Assembly: GCF_009914755.1 (NCBI RefSeq)
Contig: NC_060932.1
Source: the human T2T-CHM13v2.0 reference genome, Homo sapiens
Length of the DNA: 64,000 nucleotides
Direction: 5' to 3' (one strand)
Under the pieces are notes generated by a model. The model had not been told where the DNA came from. It did no database searches and saw only the letters and a program-made list of their open reading frames with translations. Positions 41,567 through 57,409 of the stretch are shown one piece after another. The translations under genes and the position numbers were made by a program. Each line of letters starts with the position of its first letter. The first letter of the stretch is position 1.

Positions 41567-42268
41567 GTAAGTATTTAATTGTGCTGAAGAAGGTAATGTT
41601 TAGGTTGTGTCTTTGTGCATCCTGTCATCTGTGAATATTGTCATGTGTGTTTTTAACCTGAAATATGTGAAAAATGAGAACAGTAAGCAACATTATCAGT
41701 GAGAATTTTATCAGATGATACCAGATGCATGTGTAAGATTTACTCTAAATGTCTAAGAGAGGCATATTTGAGAGTGGTAGAATCAGAAAAATAAGACTAA
41801 TCTATATATTTCCAGAGAATGAAGTTCTTTCTGATACTTGGGCTGTGTGTATATTGAATGTGGGAGGAAAACTTGTGCACAGTATTTTTGCAGGGTGACA
41901 TACAGTTTTTAGTAACTTAACTTGCTGCTGTTTTAGTATGCTTACTTTGGCAAAGTGTATATTTTGAATGTGTCATAATTCTGTTGTTTAAGAAGCTTTC
42001 GCTGAGAATTACATTTTGACTTCCTAAAATTGGCAGGACTTCTGCTTTTTTAAAATGTTTTTGTTAGAAGTGTCATCTTGAATTCATCTCTCCCAAAGTT
42101 TAGCTTTCATTTATGTTTTGGTTGAAGACGTCCTTTTAATTTGATATTGATATTTGACTAGTAATTGAAAGATGAAAATAAGCTCGGGTTTTTCCTACAA
42201 TCGCTTGTGAACATATTGAGATTTCAAGATATGTTAAATGTTTTTAAAGGAAAGACTCTTTTTTTCAG

Positions 42269-42336
42269 GTCTAAGGCTTCTTGGCATAGGAAGAAACCAG
42301 TATATTGATCTTATGAATCAGTGTAGATCATCAAAA
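42269..42336 (+). CDS. FAM91A1: FAM91A1 exon 5
   Basis: tcag|GT...LRLLGIGRNQYIDLMNQCRSSK|gtaagt; 68 nt. Confidence 0.95.
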
Positions 42337-42902
42337 GTAAGTTAGTACTTTCTTTTTCATTGTTTTGGCCTCATCACACAGTTTGATTAGTTTTTTTAAG
42401 TGGTAGAAATAATAAATTGTATGTCTTTGACCAAATAAAATGTACTTAACACAGAAACAATACAAAAAAAACTCCTCAGTATTCTCTAGGTTATAGCATA
42501 AATGATTATTTAAAATTTTTAATGCATAAAACATTTATTTTTAAAAATTATTTTTGTTCTCTTAGTCTTTTTATTTGCTCATTCTACTTGTACAGTTCAC
42601 TTAGTGGGTGAAAAAAGTGTTTGCATTTTCAAATGCATTTTTCACTGCTTGGGTTTCACTTGAGTTTGTGGAAGTAAATCTGGATTTAACAATTAGTGTT
42701 TTGAAACAATTTATTTTGAAACAATTTAAGAATGACTTTCTTCATACAATATGTTAATATCTAGAATTGTTAAGATTTTAAAACATGAAGATTTTAAGAA
42801 GATATTTATTTAGTCCATTAGAAACAATCTTATGATATGATTGATGAAAGAAGAAAGTGGTAGTTTTAGATTGCAAATTCTCAAATGTTTGTACCATTGC
42901 AG

Positions 42903-43016
42903 AAATTCTTCAGAAGGAAAACAGCCCGTGATCTTCTACCAATAAAGCCAGTGGAAATTGCCATAGAGGCGTGGTGGGTGGTGCAGGCTGGCTATATCAC
43001 AGAAGATGACATCAAG
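42903..43016 (+). CDS. FAM91A1: FAM91A1 exon 6
   Basis: gcag|KFFRRKTARDLLPIKPVEIAIEAWWVVQAGYITEDDIK|gtagaa; 114 nt. Confidence 0.93.
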
Positions 43017-44228
43017 GTAGAAATCTTTAAAAGTTAAACATAGAATTTTTATTTTTTAGTTTATTTTACAATTTTTAATTATAGCTTATAATTTTTTAAA
43101 AAGTAACATTGTTTTCCTGAAGAAAAGGAAACTTAAATTTAAAATTTAAAATGATCTTAGTAGACTAGAATATTGGTGAGTTTTTGAGATACTCTTTAAT
43201 GGTGAGGGAGACTTGACTTGGTTCAAGTACAGTTATCTGGGGATGTTAATTAGATAGAAGCTTCGTGTAAAGTAACATGATGCCACAGCTACCTACAACA
43301 ATAATACTGGCTAACACTTTTGAATACCTGCTGTGTGCTAGATGTGCCAAGCTCTATTACAAGTGCTTTTTATATTGTCTTACTTAATTCTCATAACAGC
43401 CCCAGAGGTATGTATTATTTGTACCCCCATTTCACAGATGAGGAAAGTGAGCACAGAACAATTAAGTAACAGCTCATGTCTTAGTGGTAGTAAAGGTCCA
43501 GGATTTTTTGGCAGTTCACCATGAAACTTGTACTCTTAATCACTGCAAAGAACTGTTGTACTGAAGTGATAGGTGCTTTTATGGGGCGATAGTGTCAAGA
43601 TCAAGAGAGTTGATATTCCCAGTGGTCAGACCACATCTTAGAAGGGATATTGGTTTAGAGGAAAGGGGTGGAGTAATGAGGGCACCTAGAGACCAGGTTG
43701 TATTTATGCGTAGCTGAAGCAATGGAAATGAGTATGTGGGCTTCTTTTTGGTCTGCATTTAATTTTCTCCAGGGTACGTACTAAATCCATTGAGTGGAAG
43801 GCTTAGAAATTTTACTTCAGTCTAAAGTACCTCTTAATGGAACTCTCAAACTGTATCATAATAAGCTAGTGAACTTTCCTGTTACTGACAATATTCATGT
43901 AGAGTTTGACTAAATTTCTGGCTAGAGAGATTCTGAATTGGCAGATGGATCTAATTCCAATTCAATCACAAGGAACAAATATTACTAACTAGCAAATGTT
44001 GGTACTTACAGTAAGTTTGTTCTCTACATTCTGTTGGTATGTTGCATATTTTGGCACCTTAATTGATGGCTATGTGCACAGTTTTTTGTTTGAATTATAG
44101 AGTGATAAATATGTAGTTCATTGAGCTAATGACATGTAATCACTGGTTTCAACATAAATAAATTTCAGGAGACTTGTGAATTAGTTAATTTGGACAGAAC
44201 TTAATTAAAAATATTTTGCTTTTCTTAG

Positions 44229-44319
44229 ATATGCACTTTGCCTGAGAAATGCGCTGTTGATAAGATCATCGATTCAGGCCCTCAACTCTCTGGATCACTA
44301 GATTACAATGTAGTACATA
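44229..44319 (+). CDS. FAM91A1: FAM91A1 exon 7
   Basis: ttag|ICTLPEKCAVDKIIDSGPQLSGSLDYNVVH A|gtaagt; 91 nt. Confidence 0.95.
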
Positions 44320-44723
44320 GTAAGTGGTTAGTAGAAATGGTCTTTTGTCAACATAAAAACTTGTTTTAAACCATCAATAATTACTAGCAATTACTTATCA
44401 AGTAGGTACAAATAGTACTAGTTTCTAAGGCATGTTATTGTTTGAAATGTGACCTTAGTCTTTTGTTTTCCAGTGTGGCTATAATTAGTCACATACACTA
44501 GAAATTTATGCAACTGAATGATAAGAAAAATTTTGTACTTCAGAGTATATGCAGGAAACCGAGATTTAAAAACTTTAATTCTTTTTCTCTTCTATTTTAC
44601 TTTTTCTTTCGTCACATAGCATTCATTTGTAAGAATCTTTACAGAAAGCCAGGAATTAGTTTTTTTAAAAAAATCACTGTTGTGTAGTGTTCCATCTAAA
44701 ACAAGGTACTTTTGTTTCTTCAG

Positions 44724-44786
44724 GTTTGTATAACAAAGGATTTATTTATCTGGATGTACCAATATCTGATGACAGTTGTATAGCAG
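44724..44786 (+). CDS. FAM91A1: FAM91A1 exon 8
   Basis: tcag|GT LYNKGFIYLDVPISDDSCIA G|gtaagt; 63 nt. Confidence 0.95.
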
Positions 44787-45644
44787 GTAAGTCCGTGCTA
44801 ACATTTTTCACTGTTTTTTGAATGGATATCAGGTGCTAAGCATTGCATATCATCCGTTCTAGGATCTTAGATGTTAGGATATTTCAAGAAAAATATTGCT
44901 TCGTTATTACATTTTAACATAGTACATTGGTTTTACTTAAATTCTTTATTCTCATTTTTGTATTTGGTGTACATACTACACTAAAATAATAGAAACCCAA
45001 GGTAAATTTCTAACAATCCCAAATCAAATCAATATTTTTATAAATTCTTGTTACCTTTTAATCCTTGTTCAGTGTGTAGCTGTTTTTACATGTGTTCAGT
45101 AATCTCATAGAATTGTATGTTCTCATTTTCACTTAACATACTGGTGCATTATTTTTTCATGTTACTGTAGTCTTTTTGTCTATTTCCTTTTCCCTTCTTC
45201 CTTTACCTACTTCTCCAAGTTAAACCAATATTAGGAGCCTTGTATATTTGTCATACACTTTATGGATGTATCAATTTATTAAACCATTTTGTATTTCTGG
45301 TAATTTAGATTATTTCCAGTTTTTTTGCCACTACAATACTGATATGTTCAATATCCTTGAATACAGAGTGATGCTTTTTTTTCTATAGGTTAGATTTCTT
45401 ACCAATTTATAGAAGCACTTACTATGTTCAGGTTATATGTTACAAGTATGTCTTGTGGCATATCTTTTAACTATTGTTCTTGTGTTTTATTATACTTAGA
45501 TATTGAATATTTGTGTAATCAAATATAAAGTGTCAAAAAATTTCAGAGAATGACCCTAATATTAACAAATTAGTGGTGATAGGGCTTATTACAGAAATAC
45601 TTCTTTATATCAGTGTTGAATCTTGACAAGATATCATGCTGTAG

Positions 45645-46028
<384 letters not shown>

Positions 46029-47131
46029 TGCATCCTATTTTAAGCTTGGAAAGATACCTTAAAAAGTACAGGAAATACTAATTTGCGTTTGTATAGTTGA
46101 TGCCGTAACAAAATACTAGTTTTAAAATGAGAAAGATTTGACAAGGAAATGATTTCTGAAGACAGAGGTGGCCGTGATTTCCTGTCACAGTTGGAAAATA
46201 TGAAAGTATTACTCTAGTGCCTACTGTCATCAGATAAGCTGACGTTGATTCATTTGAGATCCACCTATTAATAAAAAGATTAGTCTTTGACTAGTTCATT
46301 TCAGTCCAGTTTGACTGTCAGTTTGAACATTGACTCACATTAGAGTAACTTTTAATATTACTTATGGCTAAACTAAATTCATTTGAAAAAAGCAGTCAGA
46401 GAAGGGCCAGATGGATGGCTGCCCCATTACATTGATGTGTTCTACCATACTTCACTTAGTAGCTGCTGGTATTTGGTGGTACAGACAGACCCATGGGATG
46501 ATAATTGCTAAACTTACCCTTGTCACCATGTTACCTCTTTGGCTGTTCCCCAAATTAGAATAAACACATAAAAACAGTTTTGACAACATGGAAGGCATCA
46601 AATTCAGTACAAATAATACCTGAATGTGATTTCAAAAGAGGCATTTCAGATACGTTTCAACAACAAAACAAACAAGCACTATGGTTGGTGATATAAATAT
46701 AAATGGAGATCAGAAATACTTTTAAGGGAGTAATCATGAAAGGCTCTATTATTAAATAAATTTATTCCATTATTCATCAAATTTTCTAACTGTATTTTGT
46801 GTGTCTTTTATAGCTTCCTGATTTCTGTTATGCTTGAATGGAATACCTGTAGGATATAGAAATAGTCTGAAAATTCTTGAGAACTTTTGTCGTATATATT
46901 TAAATTTGCAGTTTGTTTGGAACTTATTTTCATATTTGATGTGGAATAAGGGTTCAACTTATTTTTCTTCTCTTTGGATAACCAATAGCATTTGGACAAA
47001 TGCTAGCACTGTTTCAAATTTCTTCATGTAGAGTCACCTTACTCTTTTTGCTTAGATACAAATTTTGGCCTAGGAAAATTTCTAATCTCATAGTGCCTTG
47101 GTTTCTTTATCTCTCAAAATAGGGGGTAACT

Positions 47132-47449
47132 GGCCAAGCACAGTGGCTCACACCTGTAATCCCAGTACTTTGGGAAGCCAAGGTATGAGAATTGCTTGAG
47201 CCCTGGAGTTCGAGACCAGCCTGGGCAATATAAAGGGACCCCTTCTCTACAAAAATAAAAATGAAAAGAATTAGTCATGCGTGTTGGCATGTGGCTGTAG
47301 TCCCAGCTACTTGGGGGACTGGGGCAAGAGGATTGCTTGAGCCTGGGAGGTCGAAGCTGCAGTAAGCCACAATCCCCACCCTGCATTCCAGCCTAGGTGA
47401 CAGAGTGAGACCCTGTCTCAATAAATAAATAAATAAATAGATACATTTA
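47132..47449 (+). mobile_element. AluJ element, intron 8
   Basis: AluJ diagnostics (attgcttgagcc); TSD aaaataggg(g)gtaa. Confidence 0.9.
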
Positions 47450-48713
47450 AAAATAGGGGTAATTATACTACTGTACAACCCACGGAGTTAGGAGGATTAA
47501 ATGAAAATGTATATATAAAGTACTTGGTAATAGCCTAGCACTTAGTAAGCATTCAATAAATGCTATTATTATTTACATAGCTGATAGTGTAGGGAAATAA
47601 TTAATGTTGTCAAAGACGGGATTTCTAAAATATTTCTAAAAAGAAACCATTGATCATTAAAAGTACCTAGATGACTAGAAATATAGGTAGTACTAAATTA
47701 GAAAATGACATGAGCCAGATCTGTAAAGTGAATAACCTATCCTCAGATGTATGTACATTGTAGTTTTTCAGTGTCTCAGTTTTGACCATTTGAATTTTGT
47801 CTTATTTTTCACTATTAGGAATAATTTAAATTTTTGGGTACAATTAGATGATATTAGGGCCAGGGGACATAAAGATACCCAAATGCTACTATGGCCTAGG
47901 CATTCCTCCTTCTCAGGATATTTTCAGGGTGAATGTACCCACAGGGGAGAATGGCAAAGGAAAGCATAGAGCTTGTTTTTTATTGGCTGGGCAGAGCACT
48001 TTGGTAAATCAGATTAGAACATTTGGACCAAAGAGATAGAAGTGAGTATGAATGAACATTCAGGTGGAGAGTGATGGTTGGGCTGCCCACTGTGCTAAAG
48101 GGGATCTTGACCCTGTTGCCACTGAGGCCCACTGGGGAGGATACCAGAAAAGAAAGCCCCAAAGAACGAGTTAGCCCAGTGACTTCTGGTAAACATGATG
48201 GTCATGCAGATGAATTTCCATTTTTAGGATGGAGTAGGGATGATGGGGAGACAGAGCCAATACTTTGCATCCACCTGGTTTTCGTATAGCGTAGCAACTC
48301 TTTCTTGCAGTCATTTGCTTTTCAGCTTTGGCCCACTCACCCCTGCTGCCTATGAGGCATCAAAAACACATGTATCAGAAACCCTTTGCAGGCTCCCCCA
48401 TTCTGAAGCAGCCCCTGTTCCCTCACCCTTCTACCAAGTCCATGTCATCCAGCATTTCTGAGTTACCTGTCTCAGTAACTCTGAGTTCCATGGTGAATTA
48501 AATGAACTCTGTGGATTTCGTGTCTACCTTCAGAGTCTTCTCTGTGTACGTATTGTAGAGTTTCAGAAAACTTGCTATGGAGTGGATAAATAAATCAAAA
48601 GCTGCATTCAGTCCCTAAGTTAGAGGTTTCTTTTTTTAATTAGATATGTAAATTATACTTTCTTGTTTTATAAAATCTGTACCACTGAGAAAAATCTCTT
48701 CTGTTTGTTTTAG

Positions 48714-48820
48714 TTCCACCTCTTGAAGGTTTTGTAATGAATCGAGTGCAAGGTGATTATTTTGAAACTCTACTCTATAAGATATTTGTTTCAATAGATG
48801 AGCACACAAATGTTGCAGAG
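48714..48820 (+). CDS. FAM91A1: FAM91A1 exon 9
   Basis: ttag|[37 protein letters not shown]|gtaagt; 107 nt. Confidence 0.95.
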
Positions 48821-49324
48821 GTAAGTTTGACAACGTCTCATGAAAATATAATCTCAAGATTGTAAGTTTGTGTAAAGTAAGTAAAGTTATTTAATATGGT
48901 AGTATCTTTTTAAAATCTCCATGTGGGGAGATCATACCATTATTACACTTAAATGTCATTATTCTTAACGTTCTTATAAATGTATATTAAAATTTAAGTT
49001 AATAATTTATAGTTTGGTTAACTTTTTATATGACTTTTTGTACTAAAGTATTGTAGACTATATTGATCTATCCAGGAATTTTATTTTAAATGAGACGAAA
49101 TTAAAGAGTAAGGAATCTTAAATTGTTATGGTCACTCCATGGATTTGTACTATAAGGATCTTAGAGATAGGGAAAGAAGAAAGTTCTGAATTCAAAATTT
49201 ATTCAGTCTTCTAATTATTCATAACTTAAAATTTTGCTGATTATGATTATATTGGTCTATTACAACTGTGTAATGTGCTGTTAATTCTAAGAATGTAAAA
49301 ATAAATTTTAATTTTATCTTCTAG

Positions 49325-49363
49325 CTTGCAAATGTCCTTGAGATTGACTTATCCCTGGTTAAG
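49325..49363 (+). CDS. FAM91A1: FAM91A1 exon 10
   Basis: ctag|LANVLEIDLSLVK|gtatgt; 39 nt, phase 0-0. Confidence 0.92.
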
Positions 49364-49872
49364 GTATGTTATTTTTATACTCATTTACTGGTGATGTGAT
49401 AACTGAGTGGATTTTACTAGTAGATTTTTATCTTGATAAGCTACTGAGAAACGAAGACATTGAGATTGTTGTTAGCTGTCTGAGAGAACGTGCACAGTAA
49501 AGGGGCACTTGCAAAGACAGGAAAGAGCAGGAAAAGGGGCCCTAAATTGGGATTCAAACACATGGACTGAAAAGAGAGCACTCATGCAAGAAGCAGCCCA
49601 AGCAGTATCTTGTAGTGAGGTCCGTTAAAGCAACAACTCCTGCTTCATTAGGGGTAGATGTAGGGAGGGCAAGGCCAGAGAGTTGGAAACATTCCCTCCT
49701 ATACATTTATGAAGACTTCAAGGGAGGAGCAGGTCTACTGAAAATAGTTTCTGGTTACGGGATGAAAATGTTTGAGAATCACTATTAGTCTATTACACTA
49801 TTTTTTCTCTACAAATATTGTGATGTCTAGTTTATTTTAAATGGTAATTAGTTTCCTTTATATTCCTTTCAG

Positions 49873-49985
49873 AATGCTGTTTCAATGTATTGCCGATTGG
49901 GCTTTGCCCATAAGAAGGGACAAGTAATTAATTTGGATCAACTTCATTCATCATGGAAGAATGTTCCATCCGTAAACAGATTAAA
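49873..49985 (+). CDS. FAM91A1: FAM91A1 exon 11
   Basis: tcag|NAVSMYCRLGFAHKKGQVINLDQLHSSWKNVPSVNRL AA|gtaact; 113 nt. Confidence 0.93.
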
Positions 49986-49989
49986 GTAA

Positions 49990-50362
<373 letters not shown>

Positions 50363-50738
50363 CAGAAATTTTATTTATTCAACCTGTCAGTTGAGGTGAG
50401 CCCTTTATATTAGTGATTTTTAATCTTGTGTGTGTGTTACAGATCTTTTTTGGAATATAATGAAAACTAAGAAGGCTTTTCCCAGAAAAAAAGCAAATAA
50501 ATATTTTACATAAAATCTTGAAGGGTTCTTGAATTTTCTGAAGCCTATCCGTGGATCTTAGTTAAGAACCCTTGTTGTATGTAGGCAGAGCATTTTTGGG
50601 CTGCGACTTAATTTTGGGCTTGAATATAAGACTGAATTTTGATGGATTGTTCATAATTTAAGTCTTAACTTCAGTAGATATTTTAATGTAAGGTCATTTA
50701 TATGATTTTTAAAAAGCAAATGCATTCTTCATTAATAG

Positions 50739-50854
50739 GAGTACCTTAGATCCACAGAAGATGCTCTTGTCATGGGATGGAGGGGAAAGTAGGAGTCCTG
50801 TACAAGAAGCTTCATCGGCAACTGACACTGATACAAATAGTCAAGAAGATCCAG
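50739..50854 (+). CDS. FAM91A1: FAM91A1 exon 12
   Basis: atag|[40 protein letters not shown]|gttagc; 116 nt. Confidence 0.93.
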
Positions 50855-51504
50855 GTTAGCAGTAACTCAGTTTAACATAGAGTCTGTCTGTAGGTACGGC
50901 ACATGTCCAAACATACACTCTTACAGTTACCTTCTAATTTTAGTTTAGATTTTATTCAATACGCAGTCTTTGAGTGTTTTACTATATTTTGGGCACTGTG
51001 CTAAGTCCTAGGTATATAAAACTGACAAGAATATGGTACCTTTCTTCTAAGAATTAAGTCTAAGGAGAGAGAAGGGAATGTGACCAAACAAATTACAACA
51101 ACACGGGCACCAATTATAATGCTTGTAGGGTGCAAAGAGGAAGAGACCCTTAATTGGCTAGAGAGGTTTGGGAAGCCTTCACAGAGAAGATGTTATTTGA
51201 GCTAAGAATGAAGAAGAGCCTGCCAGCTGGTCAGGGAAGGAAAGCCATTTCAGCCCGAGAGAATAGTGAGGCTAAGCCCAAAGGGAAACACAGCATAGTG
51301 GACAAGGCCTAGGGTTAAATGCTTTTTAATATTCTTTGCGCTTCAAAATAGGTATGGCTGGAACTTCTTATGGCTATAATAGTGCCTTTTTAAAATTATG
51401 TACTTTCTGGTTATCAAATAAAGCTGAAATGAAATACTTTCACTCCAAATGGTAAGCAAAGAATAATTTCCATTTACTTGATTTTAAATTATGGTGTTTT
51501 TCAG

Positions 51505-51617
51505 CTGACACAGCCAGTGTAAGCAGCCTGAGTCTGTCTACAGGACACACGAAGCGCATCGCATTCCTGTTTGACTCCACTCTTACTGCCTTCTTAATGA
51601 TGGGAAATCTTTCACCA
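51505..51617 (+). CDS. FAM91A1: FAM91A1 exon 13
   Basis: tcag|[39 protein letters not shown]|gtaagc; 113 nt. Confidence 0.95.
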
Positions 51618-51907
51618 GTAAGCCCAATTCTTGTTTAAATATGAAGGTGTTTAAAATAAATACTAGATATAAAATAATTTAATGCTTTTATATCTTTTTT
51701 AAAGTACTACATTTATTCCCGAAGCACAACTGACTTAGAGGAGTATAATAACTTTCAGGGAAGGTCCTTTTGTAATTGGAAGAATTAGCCCCTCACCCCC
51801 CAATCCTTAAGTTTAAATATATTTGAAAGGATAATATAAATATTTGATAGTATGCTTAGCATAAAAAGGGAGAAGTAGAACTTTAATATTTTGTTTCTTT
51901 TTTTCAG

Positions 51908-51994
51908 AACTTGAAAAGTCATGCAGTCACAATGTTTGAAGTAGGCAAACTCTCAGATGAGTCTCTGGACAGCTTTCTTATAGAACTAGAAAAG
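51908..51994 (+). CDS. FAM91A1: FAM91A1 exon 14
   Basis: tcag|[29 protein letters not shown]|gtaaat; 87 nt. Confidence 0.95.
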
Positions 51995-53856
51995 GTAAAT
52001 GTAGATTGCATGTAAGGGGATGTTAGGGCATTTGGAATCTGTCCTTGCTTGACAGAATGCCAATTATACAGTCTGTTGATTTGGATGGGCTTTCAGTGTA
52101 TTCTTGCTCGTTCCTACCTCATTCCCCAAATTAGTACTCTTACAGTCATTTAGACTTAAACATATTGAGTGGGTGAATTGATTTTGTGATTTTTAAAGTG
52201 ATATGTCTACCTCATCTAATTCTTAACATAATTTGAGATAATGAAGAAATGGGGTATAGAAATTTTAGTCTGTAATGTTTTAAGTTGAATTTTTGCTAAA
52301 ATAGCCTTTCAATTTTTTTTCTGGTATGACTCTCTAAGATCACCTCTTAAGCAGTTTGATTTGAAGTTTTTGTTCCATTTACCTTGAATCTGGAACAATA
52401 TCCCTGGGTATCATATTTATGTCCGCTCTCACTATCCCTTTTAGCATCTTGAAGACTTCAGCCATATTTGCTCTTAACCACCTTTTTCCCCGTGAGTACA
52501 GCCCTAGTTTTCCTTAGCTCTAAATAAATCTGATTGCCCTTTATTGGTGTTTTTCATTCTTCGGATATTTTATTCTGGCCTCTTTGTATTCAAATAGTTT
52601 GTGTGCCTAATCTGTTCCTTGACTAATACTTTTCGTGCCTTTTGTGCTTTATGATGAACTTTGTATTTTCAATGCACTGTTTAGAGAATTTGTGGTGATT
52701 CTGCAACTCCTTTATATCTTAAAAAAAAAAGACTGTAACATTTTTCACTGCTCCTACTCCATAGGATTTTTACTTTTATTAGTGCAGAAATATGTGTGAG
52801 ATAATCCTTTGCTATTAATTGGTCTCTTTTACTTTTACCTTTATACTGCCATTTATTTCTTCATGCTTCTTTATTTGTTAACCCCATTTCTTATTGTATA
52901 TTATCTTCTACTAATAAATTTCTTACTATGTTACTGCACATTTCAAGTTCTGGTTTTCTGATTTTTATCTTTTTTTCACCTCAGCTAGTCTTTTATCAAA
53001 TGTAGCAAATTGCAAGTTGACTTCTGCTCTTTTACTCATAAATCTATGTTCTTTTTCATCACAAAGTCATTCTTGGGAAAGCCTTTCAGTCTGAGGCTTA
53101 GTTTTTAAAGTGGATTCTTAGCTATTTTTTAAGTAGTTTGATCTTAAGATTGATTTCTTAAATGTATGCAAATCTGATTTAGTTATTTTCCCGTTGGTAG
53201 ACCTATCATTCCATTTTCTGTGTTGTTTCTGGGATATATGTCTCTACTTATTAAAAGGTGACTTATTCAGACTTATTCAGAAGAGCATACATTAAACTAT
53301 AAGGCCAGTGAAGGCAGGGGTTTTGTCCATTACTCTATCCTTATCTCCTAGGGAGGTCATAGTCCATAGGAGGCACTAAGTAAATCTTTGTTGAGTGAAT
53401 TTAAGCTGTGTGTTCAGCAATGGTGAACAGCTATGTTGAATCACAGACTCCAGTGTCTCTTGTAACTGGTAATACAGAATTGTGAACAAAGTTATGAGAA
53501 TTATAGGTAAAACTGGTGACCTTGGAGTACTTTCCTAGATGGAGCAGAATACGGGTTTTAGAGTTGTTTAAGCACTCTATTTGAATCATTTGGAACATGT
53601 AACATATAATGCTATAACTTAGCATTATTCAATTGCTAAAATTGTTAGTCTTAGTTGAAGTAATTTCTATCTCCATAGATGTAGTAAAATTGGGAACTCA
53701 ACCAAGACTGAGGTTAATAACTTGTTTCGGTATTGCCTGGGCAAATTTTTGATTTACTACTTTTGAATAATGTCTTATATCTCTATTATATGATTATTAG
53801 AGTGAATGGCATAAAAGTGGTATTTTTGTTGCAAAATCTATTTTCTCTTGGTTTAG

Positions 53857-53989
53857 GTTCAGAGCACTGGTGAAGGAGAAGCACAGAGATATTTTGATCA
53901 TGCACTTACTCTGAGAAACACAATACTGTTTCTGCGTCATAACAAAGATCTAGTTGCGCAAACTGCACAGCCAGACCAACCCAATTATG
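53857..53989 (+). CDS. FAM91A1: FAM91A1 exon 15
   Basis: ttag|[45 protein letters not shown]|gtatga; 133 nt. Confidence 0.95.
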
Positions 53990-56036
53990 GTATGATAAAT
54001 ATATTTAATTTTGAAGACATGATCATATGAAACTTTTTTCTAAGAAATTAAACAGATCATGCTCACTTATATAATCATCACTTACGTATTTTGTGTAGAT
54101 AGCATATTGAATTTATAACTAGAGGCCTGTTTTGTGAATTTCTTGCTTGTTAACTGTTTCTTAACCTTATTTTACTTTTCTCATGTGCCACTAACATTTG
54201 TAGTATTTAAATCTGTTCAATACCTGCAAAAGTGTTGGTGTTAATTTATTTAAGTAGCTGGATGGAATTTAGAACAGGCATCAGCTCTGAGGGGTGAACA
54301 AGGGCAAAATTTTAGTTAATGTAGGAAGCATAAAATTTCAAGAATGAAAGATTCCATCATAATGAAAAGAATAAAGAGGAGCCTTCTGTTCAAATGCTAC
54401 TGCAATACTTACCAAAAGATTTTACTTTTAAAAAGGAAATAGATAATTCTTTTTAAAGAGTAAAAGAAGTAGCAGCAATTTTAAGGTATTGATGAACTTT
54501 AATGGAGCTGTTGCCCTACTGGGCACTCTCAGTTTTGTGATAGTTGGGGGTTCCCAAACTTTAGTTGAATTGATGGTGTCAGAATTTCTACCCAGATGGG
54601 GATTTGGATTCAGTAGGTTTTGAGGTGTGGCATGGCACTCAGGAATGTGTGTTTTTTAAAAGATGATTCCAGTGCTCAGCTAGGCTTGGGCACCCCTGCA
54701 TGAGCACTTGGCTCAAGTTCTTAGACATTCACAAGAGTTGTGTCTTGGGGCTTCATGGGTCCTCAATACCACTATAACGTTTAATTTTGATTAGTTTCAT
54801 TTACCTAAAAACTATTTTTTCTGGCCAAGAACATCAGTTTCTTAATCATCTCCATTTTCATTTATTCTCTCACTAGCATCTGGCTTTCTTTTCAGCTCAA
54901 TTTTAAAAATTGAGGGAGGATTCAGCTGTTACTTAACAAGCTGTCACATAGGTGAGAACAAACATGCTGGGTAGTTTACTTGAGTGAGGCTAGACTCACT
55001 TGGTATCAAGTGATTCACTTCTGCAGCCTTAATATGCCTTATCTGAAGAATTACAGATTGTTACATACTGGGGCTTTTGAGATCATTCATAAATAGTTAA
55101 AACTGAGAATATTAAATTGCCAAATGCCGAGAGTCCTAAGCACTTACTGGTAGGCATTTGTTGATGGATAACCATTTTTGGTTAATAAATACTAAATCAT
55201 GTGATAAAGCAGTGGTGAGTGGCACAGTCTTGAGGATGTCTTTGGATATAAAACTCCTGGAATTTCTGGGACTTTTTAGTGATTTATGGAGATAATGTAT
55301 TAGATGATTTGAAATACTCTGTTAAAGCTGTCTTGAAATACATTGTCCTTTCCTGCCTATCACAGAATGTGAGAACATTAGAGAGTACTAGTGACCAGTG
55401 AAGTGTAACTCCTATTATAGATAAAGAAATTGGAGTTTATATTAGCTAAATCTTCTGCTTGTTTTTTAGTCATCAAAGCCCATATTATTAGTAAATGGAA
55501 GAGCCAGGAATGGAAGACTTGAATCTGTGTCTGTTGATTTTTTTTTTTCCATTGCCCTGTCCCTATATTATCTTCTCTTGAACGCTAAGCTTTGTATTCA
55601 TTTACCCATAAACATTTGTTGCTTAGTAGTCTGGGCTGGGCTAAATTTTTTCCCCATGAATAGTCAGTGTACCATGAAGTAAGTTAAATGGTAAATCTAA
55701 ACCTATTCTCTATGAAAATAGTCCTGTGCAATCCTAACCTTTAAGGTGGGTTTAATGTTAGACTGTTCCTGACCCTAGTTGGAGATTTAATTGCTTAGAA
55801 TAATTGCTGGGTCTCCAAAGTTAAATTTGATGAATGCCTCCCCTTAAGACCAAACCTGCAATTACTTATGAAATTTCATTTTTGCTACCAGCATTTCTTA
55901 GCTTAGCTCCTCATCTGAATTGCAGAACATGGAAATGATTGGCGTGACTATTTCTCAGTTTTTCTAATGATGGTGCACATTAGTACCGTTCTCAATGCAT
56001 GAAAAAGGTCATTCGTTCTATGTAGAGGATATCTTA

Positions 56037-56453
<417 letters not shown>

Positions 56454-56962
56454 TTAAGCGTCTTGTTTGAGGAAAAAGAATTTTCTTTTTATGTCACTAA
56501 TAATTTATACTTTGAGTATATCATGTAGTACTTGTTATCTACTATAAAGCAAAAGCATTGTGATATTATACAAGCAAACTCTGTTATACATGGAACTAGT
56601 GTCTTAGTCCTAGGAGTCCTTAATCCCTTGGTTTTAAATAGCACGGCGTACTGTTTATAAATAAAAGTCATGCGTGGTCTGTTTTTTTCTCGTTTTCTAA
56701 GCATGATTTTTTTCCCCCAGGTATCTTTGTCTTTAAAAGGACATTGTTTAACTGTGATTAGTATAAGTCAGACATAAAAACCACTGTTTATAATTTGGCA
56801 TTCTAGTACTGTGGAAATGTTTAGGAATTAAACCACATTTGTAGGAAAGCAATCACAGTTGTCAAGCTATTAGAAACGTGTTCTAACCACCATGAACTCT
56901 TTAGACTTCCTACTTTCCCTGTTGTAGTATACATTAAATATTATCTATACTTGACATTGATA

Positions 56963-57400
56963 ATGTTGAATTTTGCCTGAGGGTTAAGACGTCCCTTCAC
57001 TCTTTCGTGTTTTGGGAAGGGGCTTAGTGCAAGGACCCACTTTTTCCCCGTATGACTTAGATAAGATTCACAGGTGAATTCCCCACTCCCTTCTGTTCAC
57101 CTATGACAAGGTCAGAAACAGATCCACCAAATTCCCTTTCTTTGCCTCATAAGCAGTGAGTTGAACTGCCTGTTCTGAATTATCAATCAGAACAAAATGC
57201 TTGTTAGCCAAAGCTTGTTTAAGCTTCTCTCCTTCTTCCAGCCCCATGAACTTTGACTCACCCTCAACCTAAGCCAGGATGTAGCCCTTCCTTTAGGACC
57301 CCTCCCAGAAAATATGCTGACGTTATGGTTAAACATTCTGTGATCTGCTATCCTATACCTCACCCTGTCATCCTACTTCCTCACACCCCATGCTTTCCAT
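56963..57400. mobile_element. Possible ERV1-class LTR fragment
   Basis: Starts tgttgaattttgcctgagg and has LTR-like composition; family not determined. Confidence 0.35.
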
Positions 57401-57409
57401 CTACCCTTC